A stretch of 64,000 nt of DNA from an uncultured virus (IMG/VR IMGVR_UViG_3300028888_000117) (taxonomy: Duplodnaviria > Heunggongvirae > Uroviricota > Caudoviricetes): the IMG/VR virus record IMGVR_UViG_3300028888_000117. One strand, given 5' to 3'. The notes under the pieces are model-generated. The model was not told the origin of the DNA. It saw only the letters and a program-made list of their open reading frames with translations, and did not search any database. The position numbers and the translations under genes were made by a program. Below, one piece after another: positions 42,192 to 51,143 of this stretch (within the stretch, counting starts at the first letter, position 1; each line of letters opens with the position of its first letter).

Positions 42192-42490
42192 ATATTATGG
42201 ATTGTAGAGATAATGTAGGAAATATTATTAAAGTTGGTGATGAAGTTTTAGTTAAAGTTCCTAAGACATATACAACATATAGAAAAGCAATCATTAGAGA
42301 TTTTAAAGATATTCGTGATTCTGGTTATTGTCAAGTTTTAATTGAATATGACGACGGAAGACTTTATTCTAATATAGAGTATTTTTATCAAGAAAAATGT
42401 CATAAATTAAAGTTTACATCAAAACCAACAAAAGCATGGAGATATAGTTCAGATATAGTTAAATGTAAACCTGAATATTTTGATATATAG
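42182..42490 (+). CDS. hypothetical protein, SH3/KOW-like start
   Basis: RDNVGNIIKVGDEV (likely start ATG 42198 region). Confidence 0.6.
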   Translation: MLLDIMDCRDNVGNIIKVGDEVLVKVPKTYTTYRKAIIRDFKDIRDSGYCQVLIEYDDGRLYSNIEYFYQEKCHKLKFTSKPTKAWRYSSDIVKCKPEYFDI

Positions 42491-42578
42491 GAATATATGT
42501 ATATTCCTATTTATTTTTTTAATAATATTTGAATTTTTATATATAATGTCTATATTATTTATATAAAATTTAAAATTA

Positions 42579-42881
42579 TTGATTATGTATATTGTTATTA
42601 ATGGCCCAGGAATGTTATTCGGAATTTTTAGTTCAAAGAAATACATGAGAATTGCTATTGAACAGAAAATTAAGGATGCACGTGAAACAAATGGTGAGCC
42701 ATGTGGTAATTTTCATTTTAGATATATTAAGGTAAAATTAAATGAGCCTTGGTTTTCTGAAGACGGAAAATATCATTCTGAAGTTGGTAAAGCATTATTC
42801 AGTTTGAGCACAATGCATACTGAAGCATTTCCTAATGAAGTAGAAACAGATTGGACTACAGGTAAAATCATTAAGTTATGA
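42579..42881 (+). CDS. hypothetical protein
   Basis: 100 aa after promoter motif at 42529. Confidence 0.6.
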   Translation: MIMYIVINGPGMLFGIFSSKKYMRIAIEQKIKDARETNGEPCGNFHFRYIKVKLNEPWFSEDGKYHSEVGKALFSLSTMHTEAFPNEVETDWTTGKIIKL

Positions 42882-43080
42882 AAAGATTAAAGGCCATTTG
42901 GAAAATATTAACATGTGATAATTTTTTCTTAGCATCATATAATGACGGGTGTTATACTAAAGAATATTATGATTATGATACAATTAATTATATTCACCCT
43001 AAATTCAATAAATATTTTGCAGATGCTATTAATGAATGGATCAAAGGTATTTATAATGAACTTCCAAAATTTAAATAAAT

Positions 43081-43419
43081 ATGAAATATACAATTTATCA
43101 AATTCCCAGTGTTCGTAGAGGTACTCCAGAAGATATCTATCGTAAGTATTGTTTTGCTCCACTTCGTTGGATTGATGAAGTTAATCTGAAGCATTATGTA
43201 CAGGTTTATTCTGATGAAGTTGAATATAGTGATACTGTTGAGATGTTTCTTGAGTATTTATTTAAGAAGTTCAATTTGGATCATCCTGTTGATTTCGGTG
43301 GTCATCGTATGTCAATCAGTGATATTGTAAAGGTTGACGGAAAATATTATTTCTGTGATTCTATTGGATGGAAACATATTGAATTTGATAATAACAATAT
43401 TTATAAAGTAAAGAAGTAA
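43081..43419 (+). CDS. YodL-like protein
   Basis: YTIYQI...LEYLFKKFNLDHPVDFGGHRMSISDIV...YFCDSIGW. Confidence 0.75.
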   Translation: MKYTIYQIPSVRRGTPEDIYRKYCFAPLRWIDEVNLKHYVQVYSDEVEYSDTVEMFLEYLFKKFNLDHPVDFGGHRMSISDIVKVDGKYYFCDSIGWKHIEFDNNNIYKVKK

Positions 43420-43421
43420 TT

Positions 43422-43745
43422 ATGACAATTTTATTTGATTCTTCAAAATTTGAAATTAAGGAATTTTATAGATATCCTACTACTGTCGTTCATCGTATTG
43501 TAGAATGGGATGAAGGATTCCATAAGAATTCCCCAGATAATGTAGAAGATGTTAAAGATTTATTTGAAGATTTATTTAATATTGTTGAAAAGAAACTTAA
43601 TAAAGATCTTAGAGACAATAAGATTGCAATGAAAGTTATTTATAAACCAACAAATACAGAATTCTATATAGGTTATAAAGATTGGAATTGGTCTATTGGT
43701 TTAGGTTTAAATCCATATCAGACAGGTGAAAAAATTATCATTTAA
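43422..43745 (+). CDS. hypothetical protein
   Basis: 107 aa in operon. Confidence 0.6.
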   Translation: MTILFDSSKFEIKEFYRYPTTVVHRIVEWDEGFHKNSPDNVEDVKDLFEDLFNIVEKKLNKDLRDNKIAMKVIYKPTNTEFYIGYKDWNWSIGLGLNPYQTGEKIII

Positions 43746-43750
43746 TAAAT

Positions 43751-44011
43751 ATGTTAAGTAAGACAAATTCTTGTAGACGTGGCCCCTACATATTTCAACC
43801 AACGAAATATGATGAGAACGGAGATCTTTATTGTATGATTGTAAAAAGACATACATATAAGAAATTTGTTAATGATAAATGCAAATTGACAGGACTATAT
43901 CATTTTGATACTAATACGTTTGATATTATATATGAATCTCCAGGATTTATGAATCATAACCATAATAAGATGCTTAATTGGTTTTTGAAACAATATGATT
44001 GGATTGACTAG
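43751..44011 (+). CDS. hypothetical protein
   Basis: 86 aa in operon. Confidence 0.55.
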   Translation: MLSKTNSCRRGPYIFQPTKYDENGDLYCMIVKRHTYKKFVNDKCKLTGLYHFDTNTFDIIYESPGFMNHNHNKMLNWFLKQYDWID

Positions 44012-44064
44012 ATTTATATAAATCTAATACTATTTTAATAAATTAATTTTAATAATTTAATATC

Positions 44065-44754
44065 ATGAAATTTTGTGCTATTTCTGATTTACACGGAATA
44101 TTATATTCATATGATCTTGCTGATAAGATTAAAGATGTAGATGTCTTACTTATAGCAGGAGATACAGTTGATTTATGGTCTCAGAAAAGTATGAAGTTAT
44201 CAAAAGAATGGTATGAAGAAGATTTTATTCCATGGACAAAAGAAATAAATTGTAAACATATTGTTATGATAGGTGGAAATCATGATTTTTATCTTGAAAA
44301 GAACTCAAATGAATTTCGTGAGTTAATAAAAGGAACAAATATCATATATTTAGAAAATGAATGGATAACTATTGATGGAATAACTATTTATGGGACACCA
44401 TTATGTCATAAGTTCTTTAATTGGGCATTTATGCCAGATGAAAAAGAACAAAAAAGAATAATTAAAAACACTGTTCTTAAAGATAGGCATATTGATATAT
44501 TGCTTTCTCATGATGCTCCTTATGGATGCAGTGATCAATGTTTTGAAACTAATAGACCAAATGAGCATTTAGGTAGTTATGTAATACGAGAAGTTATTAA
44601 GAAATATAATCCTACATATTGCATACATGGTCATCTTCATACATCAAATCATAATGAAGAAATTTTATATGATACAAAAGTATATAATGTGTCAATATTA
44701 AATGAAGATTATAGAACAATGTTTAATCCATTATATTTTGAAATTAATAAATAA
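44065..44754 (+). CDS. calcineurin-like metallophosphoesterase
   Basis: ISDLHG, AGD, GGNHD, SHDAP, HGHLH. Confidence 0.9.
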   Translation: MKFCAISDLHGILYSYDLADKIKDVDVLLIAGDTVDLWSQKSMKLSKEWYEEDFIPWTKEINCKHIVMIGGNHDFYLEKNSNEFRELIKGTNIIYLENEWITIDGITIYGTPLCHKFFNWAFMPDEKEQKRIIKNTVLKDRHIDILLSHDAPYGCSDQCFETNRPNEHLGSYVIREVIKKYNPTYCIHGHLHTSNHNEEILYDTKVYNVSILNEDYRTMFNPLYFEINK

Positions 44755-44765
44755 TATATTATATT

Positions 44766-45143
44766 ATGGAAAAGGAAATTAGAGATACGTCAAAAAATTC
44801 ACCAAGATTTAAAGCACTTAAGGATGCTATTGATAAATGGGTAGATGAATATAGTGAATCTGAAGAACATGGAATTGATTTAGTAATGCTTGGATTTGAT
44901 ACTCAATATAAACATGCTATTAAGTTTTCATTAGGAAGCAAACGTGATCCTATTGAATCTATTATACAGGCATTTAATCATAGTCTAGGTAATCTTAAAG
45001 AACAATTAGAAGTTGATATATTTAATGGTATGTGTGAATATCTTGGGAGAGTATTTGCAACATATCCTGAGATATATGATAGATTTAAAGAAAATGTTGA
45101 AGATATTAAAAGAAACTATGAAGAAAATATAAAGGATAAATAA
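44766..45143 (+). CDS. hypothetical protein
   Basis: 125 aa. Confidence 0.65.
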   Translation: MEKEIRDTSKNSPRFKALKDAIDKWVDEYSESEEHGIDLVMLGFDTQYKHAIKFSLGSKRDPIESIIQAFNHSLGNLKEQLEVDIFNGMCEYLGRVFATYPEIYDRFKENVEDIKRNYEENIKDK

Positions 45144-45213
45144 TAAATTAAATATTTAGAATTAATTTATCAATATATACTATTTTGAAAATAAATTTAT
45201 TTTACATAATATC

Positions 45214-45789
45214 GTGAGAGATTCTTTAGTAGCAATTAATATAATTAATGAAGATAAACTATTAAACATCAATGGAAATGGTGTTCCTTTGTTGTTTTAT
45301 TGGAATGGAGAAGATAATATTTTGGAATCAATATTTAATGTTCAACATTTTAATTTAAATATATGTAATTTAATTAATAATATTGAAAATTATGCAAGTT
45401 CTAAAATAGCTTTATTTTATTTTAAGTATGATGAAAATAATAAAGAGCAATACAATGAAATATCTGTTCTTATACAAGATTATATCAAATTAAAAGATTT
45501 TCCAGAAGATAAGATAGATTTTTATAAAGAATATATTTGGCAGCATTTTGCATATCTTTATAAAAGTGTATATCAAGAAGACTATAATAAGGATGTCAAT
45601 ATGTTATCTATTGAAGATAGTATATTAGACATATATGATAAGATTAAAGAAAAGCATCCTAAACGTGTAATGAAATCAACAGTATTAAATTACGTAAGAT
45701 CTGAATTAATGAAAACAAACCATTTAAACATGGATAATACTGATTGGATCATTAACAAGTTAGATAGTCTTTTAAATGAAAGAGAATAA
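45214..45789 (+). CDS. hypothetical protein
   Basis: 191 aa, GTG start. Confidence 0.6.
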   Translation: MRDSLVAINIINEDKLLNINGNGVPLLFYWNGEDNILESIFNVQHFNLNICNLINNIENYASSKIALFYFKYDENNKEQYNEISVLIQDYIKLKDFPEDKIDFYKEYIWQHFAYLYKSVYQEDYNKDVNMLSIEDSILDIYDKIKEKHPKRVMKSTVLNYVRSELMKTNHLNMDNTDWIINKLDSLLNERE

Positions 45790-45807
45790 AAATATACATT
45801 TATATAT

Positions 45808-46392
45808 ATGAACAATTATGAAATTGATTTGGCTATAAACTATTGTACTTTTGAAAATTTTAAACAAAAATCTGCATATATACTTAATGCTTTATTTGCA
45901 GGTGGACGCATGATTGATTATGCAAAGTTTTCCTGTTTTGGAATTATAACACCATTAAATGATAAAAATAATCGAATTCAAATTGAAGAAGTAGATAAAT
46001 TTAATCGTGCACGAGTTAATTGTATTATTTATGATTTGACTTATAATAAATACAATGAAGGTAAGTATGATAAAATGTTTATTTACTATTCTACTGTGAC
46101 AAGAGATACTAATTGGTATGGGTATGTATTTTATAATACAAAGACAGGAAAAACACTACATAAGTATTGTATTGATTATTTAGATGATAAATTATATCAA
46201 TATATATATAAATCAATATTATTTTTATCTGAGGACAAATTGTGGAATCATTATTCTGAAAAATATGATGCATTAAAAGCTCATGATTTAAAAGGAATTA
46301 AAACAATACAACAATGGAGAGAGATGCATCAATATTATGAAGAATTACCTAAGAAACCATTTGATCCTAATTATAAATTTATAAATGATTAA
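45808..46392 (+). CDS. hypothetical protein
   Basis: 194 aa. Confidence 0.65.
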   Translation: MNNYEIDLAINYCTFENFKQKSAYILNALFAGGRMIDYAKFSCFGIITPLNDKNNRIQIEEVDKFNRARVNCIIYDLTYNKYNEGKYDKMFIYYSTVTRDTNWYGYVFYNTKTGKTLHKYCIDYLDDKLYQYIYKSILFLSEDKLWNHYSEKYDALKAHDLKGIKTIQQWREMHQYYEELPKKPFDPNYKFIND

Positions 46393-46557
46393 CGATGACT
46401 ACAGAAGATAAGAAATTAGTTAAGGAATGCGCGATACAATTATATGTACTTGCATTAGAAAAGAATAATTCATCAGCAAGTGATGAATTCTTAGTAAAGG
46501 AATCTATTAAGAAAGCAAATAAAATTGTTGAAATGCTAAATAAGGAATTAAATTAAT

Positions 46558-47088
46558 ATGAAAAAGTATTTTATAACATTTATTATTTGTTTATGTATGA
46601 TGCTCACACTAAGTTCATGTGAAACAGGTTCATATGTAACAACACAAGATGATATATATGTTGAAAATGAAGTTAATATTGTTTCATCAGATATTGATTT
46701 TAATGTTGTAGTTCAATTTGGAACTCCATATTATTATAATGGTAGAATCATTTATTATTTTTATAATGATTTATATTATTATCCTTATTATTATAATAAC
46801 TATTGGTATGTAAGAACATATACTAAACCATTTAGAACATTACATCATAGACCATATTTTAGACCACATAAATATGATCATAGATTTTTAAGAAGAAATG
46901 GTATATATGAAAGACCTCGTTATTATAATAGGACATATAATAAACCATTTAACAGATCTAGGATTAATGATAAACCTAATCATAATGTACATGGTAATAG
47001 TAGACCTAATGTTAATAATAGACCAAATAATGTTAGACCAAACAATGGACAACATGGGCATTCCGGTAGATTAGGAGGAAGACGATAA
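46558..47088 (+). CDS. lipoprotein with Tyr-rich core and Arg/Pro/Asn-rich tail
   Basis: Signal peptide ending LSSC; PYYY repeats; NNRP repeats. Confidence 0.7.
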   Translation: MKKYFITFIICLCMMLTLSSCETGSYVTTQDDIYVENEVNIVSSDIDFNVVVQFGTPYYYNGRIIYYFYNDLYYYPYYYNNYWYVRTYTKPFRTLHHRPYFRPHKYDHRFLRRNGIYERPRYYNRTYNKPFNRSRINDKPNHNVHGNSRPNVNNRPNNVRPNNGQHGHSGRLGGRR

Positions 47089-47196
47089 TTATTAATAATT
47101 TGATTATATATATTAAAAAAATATTTATTATTTATAGAATATGCTATACTTAGTATAGTCTATTCATTTGTAAAATATATTAAAGTAATTTGTAAA

Positions 47197-47382
47197 ATGA
47201 AGAAATTTATTTTTGGATTTATTTTTGCAACCATGCTTACTATGTCAATCACAAGCTGTAATTGTGGTTCTAATAGCACAGCAGTAGATAGCACAGCAAC
47301 AGATACTGTACTTGTTGATAGCTTCGCAGTTGATTCTGCAGTTATTGATTCAGTTGCAATTGATTCTATCGTTGCTGAATAA
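47197..47382 (+). CDS. small acidic lipoprotein
   Basis: Signal peptide ending ITSC; (A/V)DS repeats; followed by a terminator. Confidence 0.75.
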   Translation: MKKFIFGFIFATMLTMSITSCNCGSNSTAVDSTATDTVLVDSFAVDSAVIDSVAIDSIVAE

Positions 47383-47412
47383 TTTAGAAGATTAACAACG
47401 TTAGTATATTAT

Positions 47413-47447
47413 AGGTAGATTCATATGAATCTACCTTTTTATTTTTT
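47413..47447 (+). terminator. intrinsic terminator
   Basis: AGGTAGATTCA/TGAATCTACCT plus T-run. Confidence 0.75.
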
Positions 47448-47523
47448 GAATTTTTTTAAAGTTATACTATATTATTTATATAATATTTAAAATTTATAAG
47501 TTATAAGATTAATAATAGTAAAT

Positions 47524-47730
47524 ATGAAAGATCGTAAAGGAAATCCGGTTAAAGTTGGAGATATAATTTTAATGACTGTTTATCGTACTGAAGGTGGTTG
47601 GGCTGAGCCAATTCAAGAAGAATGTAAAGTACTTAAAATTGATGGTCATTATTTTGATGCTGAAGTTCTTTCTACAGGATATGTTAATCATGATATTTCT
47701 GAACGTAGTATTAAAAAAGTTATTAAATAA
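47524..47730 (+). CDS. small SH3/KOW-like protein
   Basis: KDRKGNPVKVGDII; after promoter motif at 47446. Confidence 0.6.
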   Translation: MKDRKGNPVKVGDIILMTVYRTEGGWAEPIQEECKVLKIDGHYFDAEVLSTGYVNHDISERSIKKVIK

Positions 47731-47733
47731 TTT

Positions 47734-48108
47734 ATGAGTAAGCTTCCATACAATTGTTATATTGACCACAAAGGTTATGTAATGCCAAAGAGCGCAGTAA
47801 TCAAACTTACTCCAGATCTTATTGAATGGCTTAGTACAAATGATGCTGTACGTTTTCTTTTTAATGATAAACCAAATTCTTTAAAGTTAAATAAAGAGTG
47901 GCTTACTGTAGGAATTGGTCATTCTTGGGTTGGAAATATTTATGCATATGCTGCTGATGAATCACAGGAAGTAATTGATAAATATTTTATTGATAATCCT
48001 TACATTAAAATTTTTGATGAAAATGACGAGGCATTTATGAAATATATGAAGTGGGTTGCAAAACTTGGTCCATGGTTTACTAAACAAAAATTTAAGAAAG
48101 ATAAATAA
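47734..48108 (+). CDS. hypothetical protein
   Basis: 124 aa. Confidence 0.65.
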   Translation: MSKLPYNCYIDHKGYVMPKSAVIKLTPDLIEWLSTNDAVRFLFNDKPNSLKLNKEWLTVGIGHSWVGNIYAYAADESQEVIDKYFIDNPYIKIFDENDEAFMKYMKWVAKLGPWFTKQKFKKDK

Positions 48109-48125
48109 ATAAATTTTAATAAGAT

Positions 48126-48377
48126 ATGGAAAATATTAATATTGAAGATTTTAAGAAAGCATTGCATAATGGTGTTGTAGAGTTTAAGTATAAGAAAAAG
48201 AATGGTGACGAACGTGTAGCCAAAGGAACATTGAATGTTGAAGTCATGGGAAAAGAGAATTCTCCTAAAGGAACTGGTTATGATATCATAGATTCTAATA
48301 TTCGTTATTATGATTTGAATTCTGAAGGCTGGCGTTCGTTTGTTACAGAAAATCTTATTGAATGGAAAGTTAATTAA
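48126..48377 (+). CDS. WYL_2/DUF2693-like SH3 beta-barrel protein
   Basis: VEFKYKKKNGDER.AKGTL...YYDL...GWRSF. Confidence 0.75.
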   Translation: MENINIEDFKKALHNGVVEFKYKKKNGDERVAKGTLNVEVMGKENSPKGTGYDIIDSNIRYYDLNSEGWRSFVTENLIEWKVN

Positions 48378-48427
48378 TAATTTTTTACAAAGTACTATAT
48401 TTATATAAATATATGATGTAATTAATT

Positions 48428-49486
48428 ATGCCAAAAAGTAAGTTAACATTAATTGTTGATGGTAACTGGCTATTAATGAGTAGATTATCAGTTTTGAACA
48501 ATAGATTCGCAGATGATTATGAATTAAACCAGGAACTTAAACTTTTAATGATTAAATCAATTAACATCGTTTTAAAGAATTTTCCAGATATAGATAATGT
48601 AATTTTTGTAGCGGACGGTGGTTCTTGGCGAAGTAATGTAGAAATACCTGATTATTTAGTAAGAGAATGTGAAGAAGAAGGTGAACCTGTAGGATATAAA
48701 GAAAATCGTGTTAAATCAGACGATATTAACTGGGAACTTTTATTTCAGTCTTATGGAGAATTTATTTCTAATCTTAAAGAATGCGGTATAACTGCGTGTC
48801 AAGAAAATAATGTAGAAGGAGATGACTGGTGCTATCATTGGTCAACATATTTGAATTCACAAGGCACAAACTGTATTATTTGGACAAAGGATAACGACTT
48901 AAAACAGTTAGTAAAAATAGATTCTAATAAATGCTTTACAGCTTGGTGGAATGTAGATAATGGATTATATATTGAAGATTTTCCTGAAGAAGACTTTAAT
49001 TTCTTGTTCAATAATGAATTTAATATAAATGAAGAATTATTAGAACATATAAAATCTAAATCAAAAGAAATCAACAAAATTAATCCTAAAAATATTGTTA
49101 TTGATAAGATAATTCGTGGAGATGCTGGTGATAACATTTATCCAATTATTCTAAAGAAATCAAAAACAAGAAAATATCGTGTTTCACCAAAAGAAATAGA
49201 TTTTAATTTAGATTATAAGAATAAAACTGCCGTACATAATTATATCTATAATTTGATTAATTCTAAAAAATATGCAGGTAATATAAATAAATCAATTGAA
49301 GAAATAGAAAAACATTTTGATTATAATCGTAAATTAGTTGCATTAGAAAAAGAATCTTATCCTCAGGACATTATAGATATCTTTGAACAGAATCATGATT
49401 ATACAATGTCTAAAGATACAAAATTAGCAGAAAATAAAATACAAGCTGAAAGCAATAAACTTAAAGGAATTTTGGATATCATTTAA
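48428..49486 (+). CDS. 5'-3' exonuclease / T4 RNase H-like flap endonuclease
   Basis: LIVDGN, SWR, YKENR, EGDD, D.DLKQL, GDAGDNI. Confidence 0.88.
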   Translation: MPKSKLTLIVDGNWLLMSRLSVLNNRFADDYELNQELKLLMIKSINIVLKNFPDIDNVIFVADGGSWRSNVEIPDYLVRECEEEGEPVGYKENRVKSDDINWELLFQSYGEFISNLKECGITACQENNVEGDDWCYHWSTYLNSQGTNCIIWTKDNDLKQLVKIDSNKCFTAWWNVDNGLYIEDFPEEDFNFLFNNEFNINEELLEHIKSKSKEINKINPKNIVIDKIIRGDAGDNIYPIILKKSKTRKYRVSPKEIDFNLDYKNKTAVHNYIYNLINSKKYAGNINKSIEEIEKHFDYNRKLVALEKESYPQDIIDIFEQNHDYTMSKDTKLAENKIQAESNKLKGILDII

Positions 49487-49511
49487 ATTGTTAATTTGTA
49501 AAAAATAATTT

Positions 49512-49545
49512 ATAGCCAGAGATATATAAAAACATCTCTGGCTAT
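49512..49545. terminator. terminator hairpin between convergent genes
   Basis: ATAGCCAGAGAT/ATCTCTGGCTAT. Confidence 0.65.
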
Positions 49546-49638
49546 TCTTTATTTTACATTCTAAGCCTTGTAATTATAAAGTAATATAATTTATAGTAAA
49601 CAAAATTTTACCGCATTAGATGAACATTCTAAGACTTT

Positions 49639-49887
49639 TTATTGTTTCATCCCATAAATTACATTAACAAATTCTTCTCCAATTTCTTCAGTAACATATT
49701 CTTTCGCAGCAGCAAGATTTAAACTTTCATTTACATTTTTTGACCAAATATACAATAAATCATTTTCAGAATCATATTCAGAGTCAATATGATAGTTTTC
49801 TTTTATATATGCTTGTGCTTTCGAAATATTACCAGTTAAATTCAAAAGTTGCTCAGTAAATTCCTTTTCATTAGAGTGATTATCCAT
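49639..49887 (-). CDS. hypothetical protein
   Basis: 82 aa. Confidence 0.6.
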   Translation of the reverse strand: MDNHSNEKEFTEQLLNLTGNISKAQAYIKENYHIDSEYDSENDLLYIWSKNVNESLNLAAAKEYVTEEIGEEFVNVIYGMKQ

Positions 49888-49917
49888 TGTTACTCAATAT
49901 GTTATATTTAGTATAAA

Positions 49918-50496
49918 TTATTTGCCTAATCGTTCTTCTAACATTTTAGAAATTGATTCTGCAAGTTTATCTTCATTTAAATAATTCTTTAATATGTATT
50001 TAGATATTGAATCTAAATCTATATCCAAGAAATCTGTTAATGTTTTAAGTTGAGCTTCTGGAAAATCATCCCATTTAATGTCTATTACTGCTTCAGGATA
50101 TGTTGATAATTTATCAAATATCTTTTTGATTATTTTTTCATTAGGATCTTCCTGAGGTGCAGGCGGCGCAGGAGGTGTATCAGCATATTGTTGATAATTG
50201 AATTCTGCTGATTGTGGATAATTAATTTCTTGAGCTGTAAATTCCTCTTGTCCTATTACCTGTCCTTGTTCATTATATATCTCATTAGATCCTTGAATAT
50301 AATCCCTTGAAAACACATCCATAGGAATTTGTCCTTTATCTGAAATAATAATCATTTGATTGCCATCTTGTACTGCGTTACGAACATTAATCGTCTGTCC
50401 AGTTCTTTTATTAATCCATTGACCTTTAATTCCCATTCCGTCAGATTCTTCTGGCATTATTTCCCTTCCACTAACTCCTATATTATCATTATTCAT
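49918..50496 (-). CDS. hypothetical protein
   Basis: 192 aa with Pro-rich linker. Confidence 0.7.
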   Translation of the reverse strand: MNNDNIGVSGREIMPEESDGMGIKGQWINKRTGQTINVRNAVQDGNQMIIISDKGQIPMDVFSRDYIQGSNEIYNEQGQVIGQEEFTAQEINYPQSAEFNYQQYADTPPAPPAPQEDPNEKIIKKIFDKLSTYPEAVIDIKWDDFPEAQLKTLTDFLDIDLDSISKYILKNYLNEDKLAESISKMLEERLGK

Positions 50497-50586
50497 TTAA
50501 CTCGTCTCTAATATATTTATATTTCTATCTATAATATTTGAAAATAGATAATATAAAAAATTTAATTCAATTTATTTTACAATTTG

Positions 50587-51126
50587 TTAAACATTTTCTT
50601 TTAATAAATTCAAACGATCTTCTTCTTCTTCAGCATTAATATATTTATTAATGACGTCATATATAGTTGTATCATCATTTAAAAAATACATATAATCATT
50701 ATTTTTTATTCTTTCATTAAAATATTTCAATTCAATATTCATTTTATGATCTAAAAACATATGTTGTTTAAAATCAACCCATATTGTCAATATATTATAT
50801 TTTTCAAATATGACGTCTGAAATATTGTTATATTCTTCAATATTCATAAAAGCAATATCATTATTATAAAAATCATCTAAAGTAATTCCATAAGAAATAT
50901 AATTATCTGTAATAACATATAATAATGAATTATTCTTATATGAAAGATTAACAATATTTACATTTAAATAATATGTATAAAAATCATTAATTTCATCTTT
51001 ATACGTAGTATCAGTTGAAAATATTGGAATTATTGATAGATCATCATTTTTCTCAATGATTTTCTTTGAAATATCTAATGATACATTTTTATCAATTGAC
51101 ACTATAAATATCTTTGTATTATTCAT
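50587..51126 (-). CDS. hypothetical protein
   Basis: 179 aa; weak guanylate-kinase-like look but no intact P-loop. Confidence 0.6.
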   Translation of the reverse strand: MNNTKIFIVSIDKNVSLDISKKIIEKNDDLSIIPIFSTDTTYKDEINDFYTYYLNVNIVNLSYKNNSLLYVITDNYISYGITLDDFYNNDIAFMNIEEYNNISDVIFEKYNILTIWVDFKQHMFLDHKMNIELKYFNERIKNNDYMYFLNDDTTIYDVINKYINAEEEEDRLNLLKENV

Positions 51127-51143
51127 TAGCTATTTTAATTTAT

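Noticed and set aside
50587..51126. Guanylate kinase
   Set aside because: No intact P-loop; resemblance too weak to call.
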